Below are positions 37,340-50,600 of a DNA stretch of 64,000 nucleotides, piece by piece. The position numbers and the translations under genes were made by a program. The notes under the pieces are model-generated. The model ran no database searches, was not told the DNA's origin, and saw only the letters and a list, made by a program, of their open reading frames with translations. The DNA is from Amoebophrya sp. A120 (Eukaryota > Protista > Dinoflagellata), in contig CAJINV010000017.1 in the NCBI GenBank assembly GCA_905178155.1, positions 364,722-428,721 of the forward strand. The letters are read 5' to 3'. Positions within the stretch are counted from its first letter, which is position 1; every line of letters begins with the position of its first letter.

Positions 37340-40300
37340 ATGAATTCTGACGAGCCAACCACGCTTGAAGATCTGTTTTCCCCGAAATCTGTTCAGGATG
37401 CTGCGGGGCGCTTTTCCGAAGACGTTGACTCTGTGGAAAACATCACGCGCGCCAGCCAGCATCAGCAGGCCACCCCGAGCACACCAGCAGCAGGCGATCA
37501 TGATAACCCAGCTTCCGAAGGCCGGACGGTCGGCGTGAATGACGCGGTGCGCCGGGAGTTGCAGGAGTGTTCTTCGCTCACCGCAGCGGAGCGGCGACGG
37601 AACTACCTGGCGCTAACCGGGAAGTTGCCCTCACAGAAATCGCAGCACTTGCGGAAGTCCAGATCGCAGCAACTGTACGAAAAGCAACAGCAGCACATAG
37701 CAAATGAGGACGAGCTGGATACTTTACTGCACGACGACGGCGCCCGCTTGCGCATGCAGTGGCTGGCACTATCCTCTGCGTCGCGGGAGAGCGTTACCAG
37801 CAGCCAAAATTTGGTGAACAACCGACGGCTGCGGTCCTCCATTTCCCCGTCCACGGTACATAACATGATCATGTCCTCGTCCTCCCGCCCTGGCACGAAT
37901 ACTCTGGTGAACACTGGCGCAATGACGAACACGGCAAGTAAACTCTCCACGATTAGCAATGAGCACGAGGAGCAGACTACTGCGCACTTCGGATTAGTGC
38001 TCCACCCCTCGAGCAGTGGCCCGTCGTCAGAGCGGGGAAATTATCTGATGGACAGGATGGAGGTAGGACATCAAGGTCTGCATCAGCAGCAGATCGATTT
38101 TTCCCCCGCCGACCAGGTAGAAGACAATTTGAGCCTTGTCAGTCCGCCACCACTGCCAACGGGGACGGACGAAAGGACTCTGCAACGCGCACTGAGCAAC
38201 GAAAGTGCCATCGAGCCGAGAAGGGACCCACACGATTCCTTTCTGCACAGCATGTCGAGGCCTCTCGCGGGAAGAAGAGCAGTGCAAGACTTGATGTTTC
38301 CCGCGGATAGAGCTGCTGCAGCTCTACCTCCGGAGGGGACGATGAATCATACGTCGAATCATCCACAACAAGTCCATCTTTCCGTACCACAGAACGCGGC
38401 CATGGCCGGTCTTACAACTGGGTCGTGTGCGGATACGAATCTAGCGGAACAAATGAGGCCAGGAATGATGAATCACGTTCACGAGCCCACAACACCCGTC
38501 GCCCCTGCGCCTGCAGGTCCTGCTGCGGAGTTGAGTAAGAAGAACATTCAGCAACACGACCGAGAAAACGCTCCGCGTCCCATCGTGCCGGTTGTGGGCG
38601 GCGGTCTTGGGCAACATCACCTAGTACAGCCAGGCTTCAGTGGTCCTCACAGTCCTCAACAATTTTTACTGCCCGGTGGTAAAAATTATATACCGACAGC
38701 CCCACCACACGGAGCTGCTGCTGTTCCTACCACTGCCCTCGCGGGGCCTGGTGGTGTGAAAAAGGGCGGTGAGGACTTGCGCTACAAGTCGCCTTTTGAC
38801 GAAACCTTGGAGCGCGGCGCCACCTTAGACTGGGATGACCTGTCGTTCGAGGTGCAGGGGAAAAAGATCCTTCGCCACTGCTACGGCCGACTCTTCCCCG
38901 GGGAAGTCGCGTGCCTCATCGGCCCCTCGGGTGCGGGAAAATCGACGTTGATGAACCTGCTGGCCGCGAGACAGCGGTGGAGGGGGCCGGGATTGAAGCT
39001 TACGGAGAACTGCATAAGGTTCGGCGGCCGGGTCGCGGACTACGAGGGATTGAAGGATTCCGTTGCGCTGATCATGCAAGCCGAATCTTTCGTCGAAACG
39101 CAAACGGTGGAAGAGTCACTCCGCTTCGCGGCAATTTTACGAGGCTGCGCAGCAGCGGGCGAGTCGACCACGGAGGAGGATTTCTTCGGGCCCTACTTGT
39201 CCGACAGCAGTTGTGAGGAGGAAGAAGATCTGGATGTCGATACAGCAGGAAGAGTGGATCATCCAGCAGCCGTGGTGGCCGAGGATTTCAGTCCGGAAAA
39301 CGAGAAATTCGATCTCGAGTCCCAGCAGCCCATGTTGCCAAATAAGGATCATCGACGTCGTGGTGGAGAAAAGGATAAAGCCCAACCATCACGGTCAGGA
39401 AGAATCTCCAATGGAAATAGGAACAAGACGAGAACCAACCAGGATAAGATCCGGCGGAAGATGAAGCGGAAGAACAAAAAAGAGACACTCAGCCTGATTG
39501 ACCAGAAGATCAACGACGTTTTAGGCATGCTTGGCCTCGACACTTGCCGAAACGTCCCGGTTCTGCGAATATCGGGCGGGCAAAAGAAGAGATTGGGAGT
39601 TGCGCTTGAGCTTATCGCCGACCCCAAGATATTGTTTCTGGATGGTACAGTGTGATTTTTTGTAAAATAGAACTAAATAGAAGATGTTGATGTTGCAAAG
39701 AATTATATGCTTAATTCATTGCGCGAAATCTTTTCCCTTTCTTATTCTTTCCCTTTTCGCTCACCCTGAATGACTGTGACAGAGGCGCTAGTATAATTAT
39801 CCGAGACATACACCACGACTACATCCTCAACACACGACAGAACCAACTTCCGGCCTGGACTCCTTTTCGTCCCTGCAATTGGTCCAAAACCTCCGCACCA
39901 TAGCCCGGGAGAAGCAGGCGATCATTTGCCTCACGGTGCACCAGCCCGGGTCGGATCTGTTCGCCCTGTTCGATCGGGTTTACTGCATGCGATACGGAGA
40001 GATTCTGTTCCACGGTTTGAACAAAAACTTGGATAACGTGCTCCACATGATCAACCCGAACGCGATCCGCGAAGACGCAGCAGCAGCAGACCGGGAAAAC
40101 CGCATAAAAAAACGCCGAATTGAAGGAGAAGCCGGGTCCGACGACCCGATCTTCGGAATGGGTATTGGTAGTAAAGTAGCGGCGAACTACGGCAGTGGTT
40201 CTCCTTCTCGAAGATCTCGTGTTCGTGCTGGAATAAATAAGAGAAATGAAACAACAGGAGCTGCGGTCGTTCCTCCTGCGTATCCTCCTGGTGCAGATTT

Positions 40301-43300
40301 CGCTACATCAACCTCCTCCAACAGTCTTAACAACGTTCTGAATTCGACCAACCAGCACAGCAGCCAAAACGATCTGGACTTCGCCCTGGCGGTGCAAAAC
40401 GCGAGTGCTTTTGACGTGAATTTTACGACGGATAACGAAAGAACGCCTTCGCCAACTGGTGCTCGGAGAAAGAACATTAACCGAAAAATTCCAGACAATT
40501 ACGATGCGAGAATTAGTCCGGAGGGCCAAGCTGCCAGACCACTTGGTGATGAAGTAGAAGCTGCTGCTGGTACAAAAAGTTCTGGCGCGGCGGCAACACC
40601 TAGACCAGAAATTCTGAGCAGCAACCGCCCTGTTGTTCCCCAACTCCCAGATGACGAATTTATTAAGCGAACTACCTCCACTACCACGTCCAGTCCGGGT
40701 AACATCTCCCGCGCCGGGCAAGGAAATTCGCCCTCTCATGGTGCCGTGCTCGCAGGACAGTTATTTGTCGCCGATCATGGTGGTGCACCAGCAAGAACAA
40801 TGAATGGAGCGTCTACTTCTTCTGCAACTGAGTTTGTGTTTCCACAAATCGCAGCAAATTACCCAGTTGCAGATTCAAAACAAGAACTCCCAGCATCGAT
40901 AATTGTCGGAACGGGCCCCGCTTCCTCCTCCTCCGCCGGCTTCGTTCCGCAGACTTCTGATGATCGCCAGCACCAGCCTCAACACCACGGTTGCGTGGAA
41001 CTCTGCAGGTTTATGCGGTCCTGGACGATCCCGGGCTTCGTCGCGATGTGTGGCCACCCGATTCCGCTGGAGTTTTCCACCTGCGATTGGCTTTTGAACC
41101 TGGCCCAGTCGCTGGAGGAGGCCGAGATCAAGTCGATCATTGAGAAATCGCGGAAAATTTTTGACGCGGGCCTGGTCTCAGTCTCCGATTTTGAAGTAAT
41201 CGTGGAGAAAGCCAAGCAGGAAGCCCTGAAAAACGGCAGCGGAAGCGGAAAAGCAGGCCGCGGATCGACAAATTCGGAAAGAATTTTTGCGAACGTCGTA
41301 TCAACGTCTACGCCAAAAAAAGCAGCAGAGCCACAGTTTTCACCTTCCAATTATGCCACCGACGACCCCCACCAGGATGAACACGAGATGGACCTGTTCC
41401 TGCAAAATCGTATTTCCGCACTCTCTCCCGTTGGTACTAGCCGGGACGAGATGAAGGGGTTGGATCTGATAGAGAACGACTACGACATCCGGAGTCTGTC
41501 CCAAAGAAGTAGCACCGACGTGGTTCTTCTACCGCCTATTTCCAAAGAACACTATCATGATGACCGCGAAAGTGGTACTTCTGCTTCAGCTGCACGACCA
41601 GCGGTATCTGAAAAACACCCAGAGCAGGTGGCTTTCCTCGATGGTAGTGGCCAGCACCACCAGCAACTTCCCCGCTCCTCCGGTTCCACCTCCATCTACC
41701 ACCAGCCCTACTCGACCCAGAAGCTCCGCCCCCGGGCCCGGCCGTCCTGCATGGCGCAACTGTACTGTCTGACGAAGCGAGAAGTGTCCCACACCTTTCG
41801 CTCGCTCTTTTCGCTCATTTTCCGCACGTTCACGCCGGTGATCCAAGTCGTCCTCTACTCCATCGCCTTCATGAACACGGGCCGCAACCTCGCCACCGGG
41901 GTGGAGATCGGCCCCGACGGGAATCTGCAACCCATGACGAGCCGGGCGCAGTTTTCGGCCAGGATCCGGGATCTCTTCATCTCCATCGCGACGGTGTATT
42001 TCATGTCCTTCACCGCGGGCGCGCAAGTGGTGATTCTGAACATTCCGAAGGAGCGAGCGGTGTTTATGGCGTTCTCAAACGTTACATTCTCAACTGTTAC
42101 ATGAAATTTGTAATGCAAGAATGGCAAAAGTGAAACGGGAAACGTTGCGCCTTTTGCATTACAGGTTTGGAGCAGATTGTAATGCTATCTAGCGCGTCGA
42201 GAAGTTGTCATGCGGAGAAGGCTTGATCGTGTTAAGAGTGATAGTGTTTTTGCATGACAAATCATGTAACAGTTGAGAATGTAACATTTGAGAGCGCCAT
42301 AGTGTTCCTGCGGGAGTACACCAGCAATCTGTACTCCGCGAGCATCTACTTGCTGTCGAAAATGCTGGTGGAGCTACCGTATCCTGTGCAAAAGCATCGT
42401 ACTCGTAGTAATTGCAGTCATGCATGACAAATCTGGTTCCTTAGCTTATTCAGCATTACAAATTCCATTTTTCCTTCTGCAAAAATTTGTATGTAATGCT
42501 ATCTCTACTAGTACGATACTTTTGCAATGCATATACCGATCACGTTGTTTCAGACACTGCTGATTGCGGCGATTATGAAGGGCGGCTACGGGTATAACAG
42601 CGGGTTTTTGGAAATGTGGTATCGCGAGGAAAAATGCCCCCAGCCCCAAAGTTGCAAAAATTTGTGATGCAAAGTTTCCAAATGAAAACTTTTTGTCATG
42701 CATGAAAGGAATATGAACCTTTCTGATGCAGAGTCTAGGTGTGTGTCGCGTCGCTTGCATGACAGGCGCCGCTATTGCTGGGATCTTTTGCAATACGAAT
42801 GTTTGCTATTCACGATCGGAAATCTGTGATGCTGATAGATGCAAGAGGGCGAATGTTTCATTTGGAAAGGTTTGCAACACAAATGCTCCCAAGTTCGGGG
42901 GTGGGGGCATTTTTCATTGTAATATGTGGCTGCTGTTGTTTCTGTCCATGTCGTCCGGCGGGGCGGTTGGGGTGGCGATTTCCACGTCGACGACCATGCC
43001 GGAGGTGTCGCTCGTGCTGCTCACCGTGATCACGAACACCATCCCCGCGTGCTTCGCCGGCGTGATGCGGGCTTTATCGCAGATCCCCGCCTGGATCCGG
43101 TGGCTGAAGCACGTGATCCAGATGTCGCACATTAGCGCCGCCATGGCGATGATTGAGTTCGACAGTATCGGCACTGTGTCGGAAAACGCCGAATACCAAC
43201 AGTACTTCGAGGAGGAACGGAAGAGCTTCTTCGAAGGCAACGACATCCGGAAGGAATTGCTCGCCTATTATTTCAGCATGGCGCTGCTGCTCTGGTTCGT

Positions 43301-43358
43301 GTTTCGAGGCTTAGGAATACTGTTCCTCAAGGCAAATGCGAAGAGTGCGATTGATTGA
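37340..43358 (+). CDS. ABCG (White-family) half transporter, NBD-TMD order; five exons
   Basis: Walker A GPSGAGKST, signature ISGGQKKR, LFLD|EPTSGLDS across GT-AG intron 39645-39840, and H-loop TVHQP. The TMD ERAVF|LREYTSNLYSASIYLLSKMLVELP|ITLFQ...EMW|LLLFL is rebuilt by excising three introners. Confidence 0.93.
42065..42301. mobile_element. Introner in ABCG TMD
   Basis: 39-bp TIR (37/39) and perfect GTGTT TSD. Excision restores ERAVFLRE. Confidence 0.95.
42380..42533. mobile_element. Introner family A in ABCG TMD
   Basis: TATCCTGTGCAAAAGCATCGTAC...GTACGATACTTTTGCAATGCATA with perfect TACCG TSD. Excision restores VELPITLFQ. Confidence 0.93.
42620..42924. mobile_element. Introner in ABCG TMD
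   Basis: 35-bp TIR (28/35) extending inward with a second inverted block, and perfect TGTGG TSD. Excision restores FLEMWLLLF. Confidence 0.9.
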
Positions 43359-44652
43359 TAATTAGAGATTATTGAATAAAGTGTGGCGGTCTCATGTCTT
43401 GGCGAAGGAAGAACAAAAGCGAGGTAGTAGTGGTTTTGAGAACTACATGCACAGTGGTAATTACGACTCTTATTTAAAGAGGGCACTGATACAGAGGCGC
43501 TTCTCTATATTTTTCATGATAGCGCTCTAGACATCGATTCTTTTGGTGTTTTGGTTTTGTGATGAGAAGTAGGTGGAGTAGATGTAGTAGTGGTTTATTC
43601 CCCTCCTCCTGCTAAAGTATTGCAACACATACCTTCCAGCTGCGCAAGCGCGGCCACGTCCACCCAGAGCTACTTCTGATCACAGTAGTTCTCCGAAGCC
43701 GTAGACTTTTCGACGTTTCAGGAGTATTCATTTCCAAGAAATAGATAGAAAAGAATGAAGACCACATCGAAAGAACCCCGCTACGCTGAAACCTCGCAAC
43801 CACAAAAGAGTGAAGGAGACGCTCATTCTTACTCGCGCAGCATGTCACCAGCCTATATATGTAGCAAGGACCTCCCCCCCCGCCGAAACGTTATTTTTAT
43901 CGCAGCACAACCCTTCCCTCCATCCCCGGACTCCCTTTGAATAATATGGTCTTGCACACATTGCAATCGCCCGAGCACGAGCTCGAATATTTTTTTGACT
44001 TACGAGAACCCTCGCTCGGAATCGGATTCGTGATCGTGTTCGAATGGATTTTGCCGAAGAGGCCATGTTCCCCGAGTTTTCATTGGATTGAACGACAAAA
44101 ATGTTGGTTGCGTCGCTGCAGCACTTTTTCCTTGTGCTTTCTCATATCGTTGCACAGAAATAACAATAAGACGAAGAACAAGAAAATTGCTTGCGACAGT
44201 TGATGTAGTTGGCCAGACACGCGCAGAAGGCTGGATGCCCTGCGACGCAGTGCTGATTATCGTGAGATGAGAGCAAAAGTCGACGGTGTTGTCTTGTACG
44301 CGCAGCACAGTAGAGGTGTCAATTATGCTACGCAAAAATGTGAATCATTCTGTCAAGTAAGAGTAACATGTTCTTAGCTACCAATCATGTTTTCCAAAGC
44401 GACCTATTGATAGCTATAATTGTTTGTTGTCATAGTTGAATGTGAGTAGCGGACGAATATCAAGGTAAGTATTATAAAATTTCTTCCTTGTTCCTTGCTC
44501 CAGAAGCGAAAGCACAGACATTGTTTGTAGTGTCTCGTCTGCTCATCGCCCGCCAAAGACTGCGGCGCGAGCGGATGTTGTAAGAGGTTTTTTGCTCATC
44601 CTGTGTGAACGACTGAAATTGTGAGCTTGGAGACAATAAACTTTCCACCACC

Positions 44653-47600
44653 ATGCCGGAGCAGCCAAAGTCATCGCCGCAGGACCTCAAAGGGGCGTCC
44701 AGTTCTCATGCGGCGAAACGACATGGGAAGACCATCGAACAAATTTACCAGAAGAAGACACAGTTGGAGCATATCTTGCTCCGTCCGGACACGTATGTCG
44801 GTTCTTGCGAACCTCAGATGTCCGAAATGTGGGTCTTCGACAGGGATACGGCGTCGATGCAGTTCCGGAAGATTACCTACACCCCCGCATTGTACAAGAT
44901 TTTTGACGAAATCCTTGTCAACGCCGCGGACCACCTGCAGCGCTCGCAGTCCAAAATGGACAAAATCAACGTCACGATTAACCAGGAAACCGGAGAGATA
45001 GCAGTCTACAACAATGGCGATGGAGTACCCGTCGAGATGCACAAGGAGCACAATGTTTATGTTCCGGAATTAATCTTCGGTAACCTTCTCACATCTGATA
45101 ACTACGACGACAACGAGAAGAAGGTCACAGGCGGGAGAAACGGTTACGGTGCGAAGTTGACAAATGTTTTCAGCAAGAAATTTGTTTTGGAAACCGCGGA
45201 CCACAAAGCGAAGAAACGGTTTACGCAGGTGATGCGGGATAACATGTCGGTAAAAGAAAAGCCGAAGATCGAAGCCTGGGGCAAGGAACCCTACACGAGG
45301 GTGACTTTTCAGCCAGATCTCGAAAAGTTTGGCATGAGGGAGCTGGACGATGACACGGTGTCTTTGTTCCACAAAAGAGTGTGGGATATAGCGGCAACGA
45401 CAGATAAGAAGTGCAAGGTACTTTTGTTTATGTACAAACTGATTTCTTCGTGATCACCAGGAGGAGTTGTATTCCTATTGCCATGTAGAAGTAGCAGACA
45501 AACACAGACTCGCACTCGGAGGCTTCATATCTATGCGCCTCCGCGGCGGGGCTCTCTTGTTTGAGTTTTATTTTCTCAATTGGAATGAAAATCAGGTTTT
45601 CCTCAACGACAAAGCCCTTCCGATCAACGACTTTCACTCGTACGTGAACTACTTCGTAAAGTCGGTTTCGGTAGTAGAGGAAGGTGAGGGCAACAAGCCA
45701 CTTCAAATCATCTACGAGAAGTGTAACGAGCGATGGGAAGTCTGCGTCACGCTTTCTCTCGAGCAACAGTTTCAGCAGGTCTCGTTTGTGAACAGCATCA
45801 ACACAATCAAAGGCGGTACACACGTCAGTCACGTCACCGACCAGTTGGTCGAAGTCCTGCTCGCCAAGGCACAGAAGGGAAACAAGAAGGGAATGCAGAT
45901 CAAGCCGGCGAATGTGAAGCAACATCTCTGGGTCTTCGTGAACTGTCTGGTCGAAAACCCAGCATTTGATTCACAAACAAAGGAGACGCTGAAGACGCAA
46001 CAGTCGAAATTCGGATCAAAGTGCGAGCTGTCCGATACGTTTATCAAGGACGTGTTGAAAAATACCGGGGTGATTGATATGATTGTGAATTGGGCGAAGG
46101 CGAAGGAGAAAGTGGACTTGGGGAGGAAGCTGAAGTCCAGTGGCAACCAACTGCGAGTGTTAGGGGTTCCAAAACTGGAAGACGCAAACGAGGCGGGCGG
46201 GAAAAAATCGAGTCAATGCACTCTCATTTTGACCGAAGGAGATTCCGCAAAGGCGTTGGCGGTATAGCTAGTGAACTCTTTTGAATTTTATGTAAATTTC
46301 TTCTTTTTGTTTTTAAAAGCAGAAAGCAAAACCAAAATCATCGATGAAGATGCCGATGCATCACACAACATGTTTCCCTGTGCATAGATCATCAATAAAA
46401 CCAGGTCGCGGGCCTTTCTGTAATTGGCCGCGATTTTTACGGTGTCTTTCCTCTCCGAGGTAAAGTGCTAAACGTCCGGGAAGCCGCTCATAAGACACTA
46501 CTAGCGAACGCGGAAATCCAGTCCATCCTGAAAATAATGGGCTTGACCCCCGGGCAGGAGTACGATGACTTGAACAAGCTGCGATATGGTTCGATCATGA
46601 TCATGACAGATCAAGATCTAGATGGGTCTCATATCAAGGGCCTGCTGATTAACCTCATCGAAGCCTGGTGGCCGTCGTTGATGAAGCACAAAGGTTTTCT
46701 CAAGGAGTTCGTAACCCCAATCGTGAAAGTCCACAAGAACGGGAAAAATGAAAAGAAGTTCTACACCTTGCCCGACTATGAAGCCTGGAAACTTTCGCAC
46801 AACAACGGTATACCTACAAATCCTGCTGCTTTATGTGACGCAGAAAAAACATAAATGCATATACTTTTTCTTTTCTGTTGATGGAACGAATGAATTGCAA
46901 TTTTATCACATGCATTTTTCAGGTAAGGGCTGGGATATCAAGTACTACAAGGGTCTCGGAACTTCAACAGCAAAAGAAGCGAAAGAGTACTTTCGAGACA
47001 TCGAAATCAACGAAATAAAATTTTCGTACACCGATGACGCACAAGAAGCTGTCGACTTAGCGTTCAACAAAGCGCGTGCAGATGACAGGAAAGATTGGAT
47101 GAACAACGCGAAGTCGACCGACATCGTGGATCACAACAAGAAGGAGCTGAGATACACGGACTTTGTCAACAAGGAGCTAGTGTGGTTTTCCAAGTACGCA
47201 GCATTGCGCGCAATCCCCAACGTGATTGACGGATTTAAACCCGGACAGCGAAAGATAGTCTTTTGCGCATTCAAGAAGAAACTGAAGAAAGACATCAAGG
47301 TGGCGCAGTTCGTCGGGTATGTGAGTGAGAAGGGAGCCTACCATCATGGCGAAAAATCACTGGAGGACACGATTGTTGGAATGGCGCAGGATTTTGTAGG
47401 ATCAAACAATCTGAATTTGTTTTTCCCAAGTGGTCAGTTTGGAACAAGATTGGCTGGTGGAAGTGACCACGCGAGCGCAAGGTAACAGTTTTGATTTGCG
47501 CTTCTTGTAGTTGGGTTTTCTCCCCGTCCTCCGGTGCAGCCGAGTTCGTTGTCCGCTTTCTCAAAACCTTAAATCTTCAAATTCAAAAAAAATCAAACAG

Positions 47601-50600
47601 GTACATCTTCACCCGCCTGATGCCGTACACACGGAACATCTTCAACGAGGTGGACGACAATGTCTTGGAGTACCAAAACGAGGAGGGGCAGTGGATCGAG
47701 CCAACCTTCTACGTCCCGGTAATCCCCATGGTCCTCGTCAACGGCGCACAAGGAATTGGGGTCGGTTGGTCGACGAACATCCCCAACTTCAATCCGTTGG
47801 AAATAATCGACAACTTGCGGCGGTACTTGCGAAGGCAACCCATGACTGCAATGGCGCCGTGGTACAAGGGGTTCATTGGTGATGTGGCTGCTGAGCAGAA
47901 CGACAGCGCGAAGTACCTCGCTAGCGGGATCATCAGGAAGATTAGCGAAACCCAATTGGAAATTTTGGAGCTACCAATCAAAGAGTGGACCAGTAGCTAC
48001 AAGGAATTCTTGGAGAGTTTGTTACCAGGAGCTGCGGAGAAAGCAGAGAAGGATGGCAAGAAGAAGGAAACAAACCAGGAACCAGTGATATCTGATTGTC
48101 GCGAATACCATACCGAGAATTCTGTGCACTTTGTTTTGAAATTGACGGAGGAGCAGATGGTGCGAGCGGAGAACGCGGGCTTGGCGCAAACTTTCAAGCT
48201 AAAAACTTCTATTGCGACAACAAACATGATGCTCTTCGACACCGAGAACAAAATCAAGCGGTACGAAACAGCGAACGATATTCTGGAAGAGTTTGCGATC
48301 ACGAGGCTGGAGTACTACGATAAGAGAAAGAAATACTTGATCGACAAGCTGGGCCGAGAAAAGATGATCTTGGATGCGAAGGTGAAGTTCATTCTGATGA
48401 TCATTGCGAACAAAATCGAAATCAGAAATAAGCGAAAGAAAGCACTGATGGAGGAGCTGCTGGCAAACGGCTTCAAGCCAATGTCGGAAATGCAGAAGGG
48501 AAACTTGGGAACGCTTCCAGGAGAAGATAAGGAGGGCGGAAACGATGATGAGGACGGCTCCAAGGAGGAGGAAGAGGAAACAAGTGGCGCCTTGAAGGCG
48601 GATGACTTCAACTACTTGCTGGGCATGCCACTGTGGAACTTGACACAGGAGAAGGTACTACATACGGAGTCTACTCCTTTCGAAATTCAGACCTGGCGTG
48701 CGCGTATGCTTGTTTCTGACAGTTGCAGTAGACAAGGCGTGCTCGTTGTGCAGAACGAACTTGATGTTAGATATTTATCACAATCATACCCCAATGCCAA
48801 TTCGAATTCCAATTCTCAGGTCGACGAGATGAAGCGCCAAGCTCGCGAAAAGACCGATGAGCTGCGGGTAGTCGAAGGCACCACACGAGAAACTATGTGG
48901 GACAACGACCTCACCGCGCTGCGGCAGCAAATCATGGAGGAGTGGGACAAACAGGAAAAGGAAGAGGAGGACGTATTGAGAGGAAAAATCCCCCCTCCCC
49001 ATATTGGAAACGCATTCGTCTGAAAATTTGTGATGCAGATTTGAGGTCACAAATCCTGTCTGTCTTGCAAGAAGGCAAAGCCAGAGAATCCGCCGCATTA
49101 TGCCGGCGGTTTGTGATGCTGTTGGGCTTACACCAGAGCCGACGTCTGTCATGCTAGTCCCCTACGTCGAAACCCCTCGGCCCAGGCTTGGCATATGCCT
49201 GCAGTCCTCTCCAGCAAGACAGACCTGATTTGTGTACGCAAATCCAGCATGAGAAACTTCGTTTCGATATGGGGAGGGGGGATTTTTCCCTTTGATAGGA
49301 CGCCAAGAAGGTGCGCGCAAACACCAGGAAGAAGCAGCAGCAAAACGTGTTAGACGTCGGCAACAAGAAGGGCCGCAAGGCAGCAGCAAAGGACGATGAC
49401 GACGACAAATCCGGGTTCAAGCCGCAGGCGGACGTGAGTGCACTTGTAAAAAGCAAGAAGAAACAACTAGCCCCGCCTGCGGGAGTGGAGGCGATGGGGA
49501 TTGTCAAGGTCGATTTAGACGAGAGGAGAGAATACATGAAAACCCGACAAGTCGCTGACCGGGTGGAGAAGAAGACCGGAAAGCGGGGGGGACTCGTATA
49601 ATTGAATTCTCGAGTATCCATTTGAACTTGCTTTCTGCATACAGTTTGTCCAGCAGCGGAACCTGCCCCACCGCAGTGGGTGGATCGATATTAATGTTGC
49701 CATTTTCAATCACGATAAAAACCTATGGCAAAAACAGACCCAGCCCTCGCAGGCCCAGACTTCTAGGCCGCAGAGCCAAGACGACGACGGTGGACTGCTG
49801 CAGTCTAACACCCAGCAGAACGCCAAGCGGCCGAAAGGACGGGGTAAGAAGAAGAAAGACGACATGGAAGTAGATTCGACGGAGGGCAAGCAGGCGAAGC
49901 TGGATACCTACTTTAGCTTGGATCGTGCAGCAGGGCTTACTCCTGGCGACGGCAAGGCCGCGTCAAAGAAGAACAGTAAGTCGGCATCCGGAAAGCAACC
50001 CTCATATCCAATAGAGAAAAAAAACCGACTTCCATCCATTTTTGCATCACAAACACAGACCATTCTATGTTTATGTTTTGCGTTCCAAATACAATTTAGA
50101 TGGGGGCGGTTATTTTTTTTTGCTGCGCATACTTCACCAGAAGCATCTACGGGACAACAACTAGCAAGTGCAGCATCGCTCGTGCAGCAGCAAGACGCGA
50201 GCTCGACAACCACCAACAGCCTACTGGAAAGACTCCAGAGAGCGAGGGCCGGGGCTGGGGAGCGATCCGCGGCAATCGGCGTCTTCGGGGTGGGAGGTGC
50301 AACGGGCAGCGGCGGGAGTCTCGCGTCCATGATGCAAAGCCGGATATATGCTGTGTTACTTCGTCTCTCGTCAAGCTGAAGGAGTGCTAGGAAATTGTCG
50401 TGCTATCCATGATTGTCAGGCCTCCCCTGTTTGTGTTTGAACACACACATAAGCACGGCAGTTCGAACTGGTTCTTGTGCAAGACGCTCTCTTGCATAAG
50501 TTTGTCTACTTCCACAAGCACGACACACGAAGCTGCTTGCCATTGCGTTTTTGTATATGAATGTGCATTCATCTTCACGAGGAAAAAGATGATCTTGTTC

